IMG/VR virus record: IMGVR_UViG_3300010348_000552
DNA length: 64,000 bases
Origin: an uncultured virus (IMG/VR IMGVR_UViG_3300010348_000552)
Taxonomy: Duplodnaviria > Heunggongvirae > Uroviricota > Caudoviricetes
Reading direction: 5' to 3' (one strand)
The notes under the pieces: model-generated
What the model was told of the DNA's origin: nothing
The model's database searches: none
What the model saw: the letters and a program-made list of their open reading frames with translations, nothing else
Part shown: one piece after another, positions 25,843 to 35,660 of the stretch
How positions within the stretch are numbered: position 1 is the first letter of the stretch
How the letters are laid out: every line of letters begins with the position of its first letter
Made by a program: the position numbers and the translations under genes

Positions 25843-27327
25843 ATGGACCTACTCAAGTGGATTGGGCTGAAGAAGCAGGTCGTGCCGCCGACACCAGACC
25901 CGAAGACGGCGGGCTTTCACGGCGACCCGTATGGTTGGTATAACGGCAGCCTCGTGGTGCCGTGGTCGCGGTGCAACGGTCGCAAGAAGCTCGAAGAGGA
26001 CCTCGTGAAGATGGACGAGAACAGCCCAATAATCGCCCGCATGTTGGACAAGACGGCGGACTATGCCACCAGCTTTGACGGGGATGACTTCTTCGGCTTC
26101 AAGGTGGACACGGCTCAGAAGGATGGGGAACAGCCCAGTGCGGTGCAGCGGCAGGCCGTTGAGATCATCAATCAGATGGTGGCACGGACGGAACTGAGTG
26201 GCCGCAAGACCTGGGACGTGACCCGCAGCATGGTCCTGAAGGGCAACGTCTTCGGTGAGGTGGTCATTGACCCCGACTTGACCGGCATCGTGGCGGTCAG
26301 GCAGTTCCGCAGTAGCTGGCAGATCGAGAAGCACCTCGACGATAGTGGCAACCTCAAGTCGGGTGACCCGGCAGTTGCCAAGTCGGACCCGAAGCAGTGG
26401 GACAGTGCGGCTTACACGCAGATTGACGAAACAGGCAAGGTGCTGGCGGCGTTTTGGCCTTACCAGATCGTCCATTGGGCGTTCGGGCCGATGGGTGGGC
26501 GAGAGTATGCCGAGCCAGTTGGTGGGTCGGCAGTCAAGACCTACAAGCGGTTTGAGGCAGGCATTGATTCGTTGGGTGTGGCCCGTATCATTCGGGCCTG
26601 GGATACCAACATCCACGTCATTCCGATGCCTGCGGGCCTCACCCCCGACGAAGTAACCGACAAGATCAGTCAGTACCGGCAGCAGAACGAACGGGACGAG
26701 ATCACGGCCTACGATTCTTCCACGGGTAACTTCGAGTCCACGCCGAGGTATAGCCCGGTGGACGTGGCTCGTGACCTCTATGTACCTGCCTTCTACACAG
26801 CGGAGGGCAAGGTCGTCCCCGGTGACATCCGCAAGTTGCAGCCCTCGACGGCGGCTCTCCAGCACCTCGAAGACTTGGAGATGCAGATTGCTTTGCTGGT
26901 CTGTGCCTTCTGTGTGCCGCAGGAAGTCCTCGGCATTGACATTGGCTCGAAGCCGATGGTGGACAAGACGAAGGAAGAGGGCATGGAGGCCTTCAGCAAG
27001 TATGTGAAGCGGCTCCAGTTCAACCACGCCGAGGGCCTGAAGCAAATCTTCGACCTCGAACTCATCCTGAACGGCATTGACCCCCGGCAGTTGCTCTACA
27101 AGATCATCTACCCGAGGATTAGCCCGCGGTCGGCGGAAGTGGACGCCAAGATACTCGTGTCGAAGGGCCAGACGGCTTCGTACTGGTACAGCATGGGCGT
27201 GCCGCCCGAGTTGATCGGCCCGATGATTGGCCTCGATACCGACGCGGTGAAGCTGTGGCGGACTGAGTTGGAGAAGAAGATCGCGGCCCAGGCGAAGTTG
27301 ACGAAGCCGCAGCCCCCAGTCAAGTAG
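25843..27327 (+). CDS. Portal protein (T4 gp20-like)
   Basis: Follows TerL; GNVFGEVV, QIVHW, ARIIRA, FSKYVKRLQ. Confidence 0.82.
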   Translation: MDLLKWIGLKKQVVPPTPDPKTAGFHGDPYGWYNGSLVVPWSRCNGRKKLEEDLVKMDENSPIIARMLDKTADYATSFDGDDFFGFKVDTAQKDGEQPSAVQRQAVEIINQMVARTELSGRKTWDVTRSMVLKGNVFGEVVIDPDLTGIVAVRQFRSSWQIEKHLDDSGNLKSGDPAVAKSDPKQWDSAAYTQIDETGKVLAAFWPYQIVHWAFGPMGGREYAEPVGGSAVKTYKRFEAGIDSLGVARIIRAWDTNIHVIPMPAGLTPDEVTDKISQYRQQNERDEITAYDSSTGNFESTPRYSPVDVARDLYVPAFYTAEGKVVPGDIRKLQPSTAALQHLEDLEMQIALLVCAFCVPQEVLGIDIGSKPMVDKTKEEGMEAFSKYVKRLQFNHAEGLKQIFDLELILNGIDPRQLLYKIIYPRISPRSAEVDAKILVSKGQTASYWYSMGVPPELIGPMIGLDTDAVKLWRTELEKKIAAQAKLTKPQPPVK

Positions 27328-27335
27328 GAGACCCG

Positions 27336-28748
27336 ATGCCGACACTGCTGCCGAACTTAACTGACGCCCTGCGTGTCCATGACGCGGCCCACACCGAACA
27401 GTCAGCGGAGTTGCACGACACGGCCCTGAAGTTGCTGGCCCTGGCTGGTCAGAAGCATATCTGCGTTGACGCTTTGGATACGGGGCGGGACCAGACGTGG
27501 TTTGACGCCCTGCCGGGCATTGTCTGCCTGGATGCGGAAGCGGTCGCCATTGCGGGGGATAAGGCTCTGGTGGGGACGGAAGACTTTGCCGAGACCGTAT
27601 CCACCCACCTCGCCTGGGCGGGACAAGTCATGCACGACGCGGCCTTCACCTACAAGCGGCGTACCCCGGCCTATGGCCTCTATCTGGTGCGGCAGGAAGA
27701 AGCCGAACAGGTCGAACCCGTCTGTGACTTCAAGTATGGTGAGTATGTCCCCGTCGGCTACCCTCGCAAGCATGGTACGTATCGTTTCCCGGTCGTGGCT
27801 CAAGTCGTGCCGGAAGAGTACCGGATGCTTCAGGTGCATAAGGATGGCGACCGGGTGACCATTTTCGAGCATGACGGTGCCCCGGCCCGTGGCTTGGCGG
27901 CGGTGATTGACAGTTTTGTGGCAATGGACAGCCCCCAACAGGCCATCTTCCTGTGTCTCTATCACGAGGCGGGCGTGGAACTCTTTGACGTGCTGATGGT
28001 AGACGGCGTGGATTTCACGAAGACGCAACTGGCGGACCGCCTGGACTGGATCGCAGGCTTGATGGGGCAGGTAGCGGATTGTGGTTTGTTGGTGCCCACT
28101 TGCCATGCAGTGCAGGATGCCTCCGACCTCCCCAAGATTGAGCCGGGCCGCTACATCGTTCGGCACAAGTACGAGGTCTTGAGTGACCTAATGCGGCCCT
28201 ACTGGTTTGAGTACGAGGTGGGCCGCGTCGGGATTGGGCGGGTGTTGCCGTGGTGTATGCCCACCAAGACTGTCAAGGACGGGTCGGGCTACATTGTGGT
28301 GCCTGACACCGGCCTGCCGCCGATGCAGATACACCGGCAGCACGGGGAGGTCAAAATCTTCGTGGCTCAGGGCGGACGCAATCGGGCCAACTGTATGCCG
28401 CAGGTAGTCGAAATGGCGAAGCGGCTCCCCGAGAACTTCATCATGGAGTGCATGTGGACGGTAGATCGCAAGGGTGTTCCCGTGTCCGTCAAGGCGGTCA
28501 AGTCGGCGTGGTACGACCTGAGTGACTGTGACATTCGCCTCTACCCCTACGACCTCATCATGTGGGGTGACGACGACCTCTCGCAGCAGCCGATGTACGA
28601 GCGAGTGGAGTTGCTGGAGAAGATCGTGGCGGACTGGGCGGGGGCAGAGTTGGGCGTAGCCGACGAGGCCGACAAGGCGTGGCTCTTTGTGGCCGACTCG
28701 GTACGGCCACTGGACGGTAGCAACGAACATATCCTACGGCTGGAGTAA
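27336..28748 (+). CDS. Protein with two degenerate ATP-dependent ligase-like domains
   Basis: LQVHKDGDRVTIF...FDVLMVDGVDF...LADR and MQIHRQHGEVKIF...YDLIMWGDDDL...MYER; no KxDG. Confidence 0.65.
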   Translation: MPTLLPNLTDALRVHDAAHTEQSAELHDTALKLLALAGQKHICVDALDTGRDQTWFDALPGIVCLDAEAVAIAGDKALVGTEDFAETVSTHLAWAGQVMHDAAFTYKRRTPAYGLYLVRQEEAEQVEPVCDFKYGEYVPVGYPRKHGTYRFPVVAQVVPEEYRMLQVHKDGDRVTIFEHDGAPARGLAAVIDSFVAMDSPQQAIFLCLYHEAGVELFDVLMVDGVDFTKTQLADRLDWIAGLMGQVADCGLLVPTCHAVQDASDLPKIEPGRYIVRHKYEVLSDLMRPYWFEYEVGRVGIGRVLPWCMPTKTVKDGSGYIVVPDTGLPPMQIHRQHGEVKIFVAQGGRNRANCMPQVVEMAKRLPENFIMECMWTVDRKGVPVSVKAVKSAWYDLSDCDIRLYPYDLIMWGDDDLSQQPMYERVELLEKIVADWAGAELGVADEADKAWLFVADSVRPLDGSNEHILRLE

Positions 28749-28754
28749 GGACTG

Positions 28755-29123
28755 GTGCCCATGAGACTACTGACGGTTGGACTGAGCGCATTGGTGTTGC
28801 TGCTGGTGTGTTCGGCTTCCTCCCAGGCCGACGTGAGTAAACGGCTTGTCATAAGCGGCGTGAAGGACTTCGCCCCCGGCTCGAGCGTTGGTGCCACCCT
28901 GAGTTGGGAAGCACTCGAAACGGCAAGTGGAAGCGTGTTTCTTGACGTTGGTGGCATACACGACAATGGCAGCAGCACCTTCGGGATGATGCTGGGTGTC
29001 AGTACCGATGCCCCGTTGCCAGTCTTCAAGGAAGCGCTGAGTGCGGAGGCGTGTGTGGGGTTCGGCTATGCCACGGTGGCGAACGAGTGGCTGGCCTATG
29101 TGCGGTATCCGTTAGTGAAGTAA
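28755..29123 (+). CDS. Exported beta-rich protein
   Basis: Signal-peptide-like N-terminus ending SQA; alternating beta pattern. Confidence 0.65.
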   Translation: MPMRLLTVGLSALVLLLVCSASSQADVSKRLVISGVKDFAPGSSVGATLSWEALETASGSVFLDVGGIHDNGSSTFGMMLGVSTDAPLPVFKEALSAEACVGFGYATVANEWLAYVRYPLVK

Positions 29124-29145
29124 GTGGTGGTTGGTGGGCGTGGCG

Positions 29146-29174
29146 GAGGGCCGTCTTTGGGGACGGCCCTCTTT
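29146..29174 (+). terminator. Intrinsic terminator
   Basis: GAGGGCCGTC/GACGGCCCTC then TTT. Confidence 0.7.
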
Positions 29175-29265
29175 GTAGTTTCTCCATAGTTGACAGCATA
29201 CCATAACCACTCTAACGTCTGGTGTGACGCACCCGTATCGGCTGCCTGCACGGGAGGAAACGCCT

Positions 29266-31884
29266 ATGTCTGACGCACTCAATACTGCTACCTTCGCGGT
29301 GGGGCAGCACTTTCCACACCACACGGCGGACGTGGTGAAGCCCACCGAAAACAAGTCGGTGGACCTCGAAAGCCTGAAGACCGCCCTGGCCGATGTGAAC
29401 AAGTCCGGTCTTCCCCAGGCCGAGAGGCTGACGGCCCTGGACCACCTCAAGGCTCACGCCGTCGCACTCGACCTCGCTGACGAGGAGATTGCATCACTCA
29501 TCGGGGACGAACCCACCGCACCGGACTTTATGGCTCAGTTGGGTGACGCCACGACCTTTGGTGAAGCCGAGACGGTCATGCTGGCAATGGCCGAAGCCAA
29601 CGTAGACGAGGCCCTGCTGGACGAGGCCGAAGCTAAGTTGGCCGAACTCGCCGCCGTTGACCGAGAGATGATTGAGGACGAGTTCTCGGGCATCATCGAG
29701 AAGGTGGACAAGGACGAAGACGAGGATGGCCTCTGGCATTTCACGGCTAGGGTGGCCCAGGCCAACACCGTCAACAAGAACAAGCGGCTCTATCCCCGTT
29801 CGGAGTTTGAGCGGAATCTGGCTCGTATGAATCGGATGGCTAAGGCTGGTCGTCTAACCGGACGTGATGGTCACGTCTTTTGGGGCGACGACAAGCCTAG
29901 TGAGATATGTGTACGGTACGATGCCGTTATGCTGCAAGGGGACGACCTCATTATGGAGGGGGTTCTCATCCCGACCCAAGCGGGCGAGAACATCGGCACC
30001 CTATGGGCTAACGGAGTGCAGACCGAATGGTCTATTGTGGGCTATGGTAAGGCAGTAGAACAAACGGACGACAAGGGCAACATCACCCACGTTGTTGTCA
30101 CGGACTACATCATGGACGGGTGTGACCCGGTACGCCGAGGGGCGGCCAGCACTCGCACTCTGAAGCAGAAGAAGTCGCGTGACAGCCTCGAAGTCGAAAG
30201 TGAAGTTGATGAAGCGGTACAGGCTGAAGTTGGAACTAACGAAGAAGTGCCTGTCGCCGAGTCCCTTGCGTCTGTGCCGGAGGTCAGTCACATGGCTGAC
30301 GAAGTTGTGACTCAGAAGGAGCCGCAGGCTCCCGTTGTAGATGTGGAGGCCATCAAGGCAGCGGCTATTGCCGATGCTAAGGAGGTCACGGAGCCGCAGG
30401 CTCCCGTTGTAGATGTGGAGGCCATCAAGGCAGCGGCTATTGCCGATGCTAAGGAGGTCACTAAGAGTATTGTGGCCGACGCTCTGCTTCAGGCGAAGCT
30501 GGAGACGGCCAAGGACGCCGCCCTGGCGAAGCTGGCCGAGGGTGACGAGATGGTGGCTAAGATCGTCGCCAAGCACCTTGCGGACTGTAACACTCCCGAG
30601 AAGGTCGCGGAGACGGTGGCTGAGATTACCCCGCTCGTGGAACGCATGAAGACCCCGAAGCCGGTGGAGACCAGTGGCGTCTTCATCCACGAGGGTCGGG
30701 AACGTGCCCGGTTCATGTTCGCGGGCGAGAAGGTCGTGGACCGCCCCGAGACCATCGGTGGGGTGCGGGACGCGATGCTGGAGGGGCTGGAAGGCCATAA
30801 GGCCGAGGCCATGCGGCAGATTCTCGACAACTACGAGAAGCAGCCGGAACTCAAGCGGTATCTGTACAGCATGACCAAGCGTGGCTACCAGGAGACGGCC
30901 AGCACGACTTCGGCCCTTGGCACCACGATCCCGATGGTCCTGCCGATCATCCGCCAGCTCCTGCCGAAGCTCATCCCCTACGCCCTGGCTGCGGTGCGTC
31001 CGATTGACCGCCCCGAGGCCCGCGTCTACTTCTACGAGCCGAAGTACAAGACCGGCACCAACGGTTCCGGTGCGGACGGCTCGTACATTGACGACAGTTC
31101 GGTCTTCGATACGGCGTGGGACGACCACACCGAGAACGACGCCAAGTCCCAGATCGAGTTCACCTTCACCTACCAGACCGTGACGGCGACGGAGAAGGCT
31201 ATCTACTGGGACTACACCTCGGCTCTCGCTCAGGACATGCAGGCGTACTACAGCATGGACGTGGAGGCCGAGATGATGGCTACGGCCACCAACCTCATCG
31301 CCATGGAACTGAATGGCAAGTTCCTGGAGACGCTGGCGTCCGGTGCGGGCCAGAGCGGTACGTTCAATACCGGCCTGCCTGCCACGGGCTTCCAGAACCT
31401 GAACGACTGGCTGACCTGGGGTCTCTCGCAGTCCCTGAACCGGGCTTCCGGCAACATCGGGAAGAAGATGGGCCAGCGGGCCAACTGGATTATCACCGGC
31501 CCGACTCAGGCCACCCTGTTCGAGGCCAGCAACTCCTACCAGAAGCTGCCCGCCGGGGCCGTGACCGAGTTCGGTACGGGTCTGCGGCAGGTCGGTAGCT
31601 GGTCCAGTCTGTTCGATGTGTACGTCTTCGACTGGGCCGAGACGCTGAGTGGGCTGAAGAACAAGATGCTGATTGGCTACCAGCCTCAGGACTGGAACCA
31701 TGCGGCTGCGGTCTTCTGCCCGTATGTGCCGCTGTACATTAGCCCGGTCTCTTCGAGTGCCGCGACCAACACGATCCAGCACTCGGTTGCCAGCCGCAAC
31801 GCCATGAAGGTGCTTCAGTCCAACGGACTGTACGCCCTGACCATTGGCTCGGATGCGGGCACCGCCCTGACCTACGTTGACTAA
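29266..31884 (+). CDS. Prohead protease-scaffold-major capsid fusion (T4 gp21/gp23-like)
   Basis: NKNKRLYP, SIVGYG, DPV protease motifs; PIIRQLLPKL, VRPIDRP, AVFCPYVPL capsid motifs; GGAGG RBS. Confidence 0.88.
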   Translation: MSDALNTATFAVGQHFPHHTADVVKPTENKSVDLESLKTALADVNKSGLPQAERLTALDHLKAHAVALDLADEEIASLIGDEPTAPDFMAQLGDATTFGEAETVMLAMAEANVDEALLDEAEAKLAELAAVDREMIEDEFSGIIEKVDKDEDEDGLWHFTARVAQANTVNKNKRLYPRSEFERNLARMNRMAKAGRLTGRDGHVFWGDDKPSEICVRYDAVMLQGDDLIMEGVLIPTQAGENIGTLWANGVQTEWSIVGYGKAVEQTDDKGNITHVVVTDYIMDGCDPVRRGAASTRTLKQKKSRDSLEVESEVDEAVQAEVGTNEEVPVAESLASVPEVSHMADEVVTQKEPQAPVVDVEAIKAAAIADAKEVTEPQAPVVDVEAIKAAAIADAKEVTKSIVADALLQAKLETAKDAALAKLAEGDEMVAKIVAKHLADCNTPEKVAETVAEITPLVERMKTPKPVETSGVFIHEGRERARFMFAGEKVVDRPETIGGVRDAMLEGLEGHKAEAMRQILDNYEKQPELKRYLYSMTKRGYQETASTTSALGTTIPMVLPIIRQLLPKLIPYALAAVRPIDRPEARVYFYEPKYKTGTNGSGADGSYIDDSSVFDTAWDDHTENDAKSQIEFTFTYQTVTATEKAIYWDYTSALAQDMQAYYSMDVEAEMMATATNLIAMELNGKFLETLASGAGQSGTFNTGLPATGFQNLNDWLTWGLSQSLNRASGNIGKKMGQRANWIITGPTQATLFEASNSYQKLPAGAVTEFGTGLRQVGSWSSLFDVYVFDWAETLSGLKNKMLIGYQPQDWNHAAAVFCPYVPLYISPVSSSAATNTIQHSVASRNAMKVLQSNGLYALTIGSDAGTALTYVD
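30318..30461. repeat. Exact 72-bp in-frame tandem duplication
   Basis: EPQAPVVDVEAIKAAAIADAKEVT twice. Confidence 0.95.
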
Positions 31885-31905
31885 CCGGCGGGGAGCATAG
31901 GACCA

Positions 31906-31943
31906 GGGGGAGCGGTTTGAGGAAGCCGCTCCCCCGTCTCTTT
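31906..31943 (+). terminator. Terminator after the capsid gene
   Basis: GGGGGAGCGG/CCGCTCCCCC then GTCTCTTT. Confidence 0.7.
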
Positions 31944-31953
31944 AGGAGGGACA

Positions 31954-32955
31954 ATGACCCGGTTTCGCTTGATGGGGCCGCTGGCAAGGTACACAGGCTA
32001 TGCGGTCGGTTTCCGTGGTTTGGTCGGTAGGTTGTTGCAGTGCCCCGAAGTTGATTTCCAGTTGCGTCCTGCCCGTGGCAACGTCCCCCCTGAGACGGAA
32101 GACCACCTGTTGCAGTTGATCGCCAAGAATGGCTTCTACGATAGCCTGGGCGTCGTGGTGGGCTACCCTGACATGGCCGAACATATCTGTACGCGGTCTC
32201 ACGCCCTCTACACGATGTACGAGGCCGACGACATACCGGAGATATGGAAGCCGTTCGTGAACCGGGCCGATGAAGTGTGGGTGCCGAGTGCCTTCTGCCG
32301 AGAGGTCTTCGGCAAGTACAACCCGAGGGTGCGGGTCTGTCCGTGGGGCATAGACGAGACGCTCTACAAGCCTCGCAAGCGTAAGCCGAGGGGAGATTTT
32401 GTCTTCGGAGCCGTGGGGGTGCAGAGTCATCGCAAGGGGACGGATGTGCTGGTGAGTGCTTTCACGACGGCCTTCGGGGAGAGCGACGGCATACGGCTGG
32501 TCATCAAGACGCGGGACACGAAGCAGATGCCCGTCATTAGCAACCGACAGGTGACGGTGATAGACGAGGACTGGCCCGAGGCGAGGCTGGTGGAGTTCTA
32601 CCACGAGATAGACTGCTTGGTGCAACCCTCACGAGGCGAAGGTGTTGGGATGCCTCCCCTGCAAGCGGCCATGAGTGGGACCCCGGCTCTGGTGACGAAC
32701 TGGGGCGGGCCGGTTGACTACATTGACGACAAGGGGATATGGGGTATCCGTATCCGTGGGCTGTCGCAGGCCAAGCACATCAACGCCCTGTATGCCCAGT
32801 GGGCCGAACCCGACCCGTTGCACTTGGCCGAACTAATGCAGTGGGTATACGAGACGAGGCCAAAGGTGAAGGGTGACTATCGGCAGTGGACGTTGGGGAA
32901 CATGGCGGCGTCGTTCGTGGGTTGTGTGCGGGAGGCCGGGAACCGGCTAAGGTGA
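31954..32955 (+). CDS. GT4-type glycosyltransferase
   Basis: VWVPSAF, RKGTDVL, PSRGEGVGMPPLQAAMSG. Confidence 0.9.
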   Translation: MTRFRLMGPLARYTGYAVGFRGLVGRLLQCPEVDFQLRPARGNVPPETEDHLLQLIAKNGFYDSLGVVVGYPDMAEHICTRSHALYTMYEADDIPEIWKPFVNRADEVWVPSAFCREVFGKYNPRVRVCPWGIDETLYKPRKRKPRGDFVFGAVGVQSHRKGTDVLVSAFTTAFGESDGIRLVIKTRDTKQMPVISNRQVTVIDEDWPEARLVEFYHEIDCLVQPSRGEGVGMPPLQAAMSGTPALVTNWGGPVDYIDDKGIWGIRIRGLSQAKHINALYAQWAEPDPLHLAELMQWVYETRPKVKGDYRQWTLGNMAASFVGCVREAGNRLR

Positions 32956-33013
32956 TTGTGGGCCACTTGCATCGAAGACGGTAGTTTGGTAGTGTCAGCG
33001 GGAAAGTTGAGGG

Positions 33014-33715
33014 GTGATGCCTATGGCCGTCGCGGTCAATCCGTTTAGTGAATCAGGAATCATCAGCACCCTGCGGGCCAAGGGTATTCGCACAGCGGAT
33101 ATTACCGACGAGAACCTGCTGCTGGTGATCGAGGACGCCCTCAACGAGTACCTGTTCTATCGGCCTAAGGTGTGCATCACGACCGCTGCCGCGTGCATAA
33201 CCACTGTGGCGGGGACGCCCAACTACAACAAGCCGACGGGGGCCTTGTGGGTCAAGCAGGTCTGCTACAATCCCGACTACCAGGACACCGATTATGAGGC
33301 GATCTGGACACAGATGATGCTGAACCACATGACGGCCAACGACACGACCGAGATGCTGATTGACTATCAGAAGATGGCCATTCTGCATCGGTATTTCGAT
33401 GGTTTTTGGGAAATGCGGAATGACCAGATTTGGCTCATGCCGTGTCCCCAAGGGGCGTACAAGGTCGCCGTCATTTATGCCGACGACCGCACCATTGACG
33501 AACTGGACGAGATCGGTGACTACCGTTTCGCCGAGTTGTGCTACTGGAAGGCCATGCTGTCCGTCGGCGTGACGAAGGTGACCGGGGGCGGCTTTAGGGC
33601 GGGCCAGTACAGCACTTCGGACGCCGTGGGCCGTGAGACCATGCGGTACGCCGAGAAGAACTTGGATAGGGTCCGGTTGCAGATCGCCAATGCCTACATC
33701 GGGGGCCGGTCCTAA
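33014..33715 (+). CDS. Probable head-tail adaptor
   Basis: Position; IEDALNEY and IWLMPCP resemble neck proteins. Confidence 0.6.
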   Translation: MMPMAVAVNPFSESGIISTLRAKGIRTADITDENLLLVIEDALNEYLFYRPKVCITTAAACITTVAGTPNYNKPTGALWVKQVCYNPDYQDTDYEAIWTQMMLNHMTANDTTEMLIDYQKMAILHRYFDGFWEMRNDQIWLMPCPQGAYKVAVIYADDRTIDELDEIGDYRFAELCYWKAMLSVGVTKVTGGGFRAGQYSTSDAVGRETMRYAEKNLDRVRLQIANAYIGGRS

Positions 33716-34050
33716 TGATGGTGCCTACCCCCCACTCGGTATCGTCCACCCGTGTCACGCGGAGTGACGGGGAGACCTATGCTACACCAGTGGCAGTGCT
33801 GACGGAGGAACCCTGCCTGCTGGCTCCGTTCGAGCCGGGCATGGGAACGGACACCTTCATGGGGTCCGTGCCCAGTAGCAAGACGGTACTCTTCATTGGC
33901 TATGACGCGGACGTGAAACTGGGGGACGAGATCACCGACGATGTAACCGGGACGGTCTATGTGGTAGTGGAACCACCTGTCCTCTTTCAGAACCCGACGA
34001 CTTGGGAGAACGACCACCAGCAGGTCATTATGCGGCCTGCCCATCTGTAG
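33715..34050 (+). CDS. Probable head closure protein
   Basis: Position and size; DVKLGDEI...YVVV. Confidence 0.6.
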   Translation: MMVPTPHSVSSTRVTRSDGETYATPVAVLTEEPCLLAPFEPGMGTDTFMGSVPSSKTVLFIGYDADVKLGDEITDDVTGTVYVVVEPPVLFQNPTTWENDHQQVIMRPAHL

Positions 34051-34057
34051 GTGAAGC

Positions 34058-34570
34058 ATGTCAACGTCACTCTCTGACGCCATCAATCAGGTAATCGGTG
34101 TGCCGGGCGGGACCAGTGGTTTCCGATGGGCCGTGAACCACTCGGATACAAGTGCCCCTGGCGTCACGGCTCCGCACCAGTTGACATTGTACCGCAAGGT
34201 GGAAGCCCCGCCGATTCTCTTCATGGACGACGCCACGAATAACTATCCCGGCGTCTTCTTCGAGATCGTAGGGCCGTTCCCCGACACGCAGACACGAGGC
34301 ATACACGGGGAGATGACCTTCACGGTGCGTATCTACATCGTGCAGGCCAATACCAACAGCACGAGGCCGAAGGAAGAAGGCCGGGCGGCAGCTATCGCCT
34401 TGACGGAGAACATCAAGGCCACTGACCGTCTCGCTTTGACGTGGCCCGATAGTGTGGAGTGGTTGGGCCTAGTGGACGATCCCTTTACGCAGCAACTACA
34501 TCTGGCGTTGCGGGACTGGTGTGCGGGCTGCACCATGTTCCGTGTGACGGCCAAGGGGCTAACGTGGTAA
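34058..34570 (+). CDS. Probable tail terminator/completion protein
   Basis: Position; YPGVFF...FTVRIYI. Confidence 0.55.
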   Translation: MSTSLSDAINQVIGVPGGTSGFRWAVNHSDTSAPGVTAPHQLTLYRKVEAPPILFMDDATNNYPGVFFEIVGPFPDTQTRGIHGEMTFTVRIYIVQANTNSTRPKEEGRAAAIALTENIKATDRLALTWPDSVEWLGLVDDPFTQQLHLALRDWCAGCTMFRVTAKGLTW

Positions 34571-35196
34571 CGGTTGACCTGTCCGACTTCGAGCGGCTGG
34601 GGCGTGAGTATCGGCAGCGGGCCGAGAATCTGCGTGCCCAACCACTCGGGGATCAGGGTGGGGCCATTTCGGGAGCTATACGGGCGGCGTTCCTCGGGTC
34701 ACTCATGGAACACGAAGGCGTGACCTTGACGAAGCAGCAGGAATACTACCGCAAGACCAACAGTGGCTACTACGGTTCGGGTTGGCAAGGGCATGACGTG
34801 GCTAAGATCAACCCCCAGGAGTTCATTGACCGGGGCAACGGCGGGATATTGGGCAGTGGCCGCTTCTACGCCGACAGTGCGGTGAGTGTGTCGCCGAACG
34901 AGACGGGAGCCGAACTGGACCTGTACTCGACTGCCATGATGCAGCCCTACCCCTACAATCCCCAGTTTGACCCGACGCGGCGGGGGGACATGACCCAGCA
35001 GGCGTTGATCTACACCCTGCCTGCCAAACCCGTCGCCGAGTACATGCGGACGGGCTGGGTGGACCCGGCCTATCCCAAGCACCACATGAAGCCGCGTCCC
35101 TTTGGCAAGAGACTGGCTATCGCCACTGCCGCAATGGGAACGGTGAGCCGCTTCGTCGGCAAGATCATGCTCTCCGTCGGCTTCAAGCAGAGGTAA
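34564..35196 (+). CDS. Probable neck/tail completion protein
   Basis: Position; MKPRPF motif near the C-terminus. Confidence 0.5.
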   Translation: MVTVDLSDFERLGREYRQRAENLRAQPLGDQGGAISGAIRAAFLGSLMEHEGVTLTKQQEYYRKTNSGYYGSGWQGHDVAKINPQEFIDRGNGGILGSGRFYADSAVSVSPNETGAELDLYSTAMMQPYPYNPQFDPTRRGDMTQQALIYTLPAKPVAEYMRTGWVDPAYPKHHMKPRPFGKRLAIATAAMGTVSRFVGKIMLSVGFKQR

Positions 35197-35198
35197 CC

Positions 35199-35651
35199 AT
35201 GATTCAGGGCATAGACGTGTCGCACTATCAAGGTCACATTGAATGGGTAAGAGTGGCCCAAGCCGGCAGCAAGTTCGTGTACGTGAAGGCCTCGCAGGGG
35301 ACCACGATCCAAGACGCCAAGGCCAGTGAATACATGGACGGGGCCAGAGCAGCGGGGCTGTACGTTGGCCTGTACCACTACTTCACGCCGACGGGTGACG
35401 CCGGGGCACAGTACAAGAACTTCCTCGCCGTAGCGGAGAAGTGCGGGGGCCTGAATGGGATGCTGGTGCCTGCCCTCGACGTGGAGGGGGACAGCCATAA
35501 CACCCTCGGTGACATGACGGGCTTCCCCGGCTGGACGAACTGGAAGCTGTGGCAGTATTCCGACAAGGGCAGTGTCCGTGGTATCAACGGCTATGTTAAC
35601 CTCGACGCCTTCAACGGTGACGAGGACGACCTGAAGAGACTCATCATCTAA
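35199..35651 (+). CDS. GH25 lysozyme, unusually short
   Basis: GIDVSHYQG, YVKASQG, GLYHYF, LDVE, LWQYSDKG. Confidence 0.88.
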   Translation: MIQGIDVSHYQGHIEWVRVAQAGSKFVYVKASQGTTIQDAKASEYMDGARAAGLYVGLYHYFTPTGDAGAQYKNFLAVAEKCGGLNGMLVPALDVEGDSHNTLGDMTGFPGWTNWKLWQYSDKGSVRGINGYVNLDAFNGDEDDLKRLII

Positions 35652-35660
35652 GGAGTGGCA

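Noticed and set aside
30001..31782. Long antisense ORFs here and at 25849-27345, 20113-21462 and 3137-4135
   Set aside because: Shadow frames of GC-rich genes with no RBS or recognisable motifs
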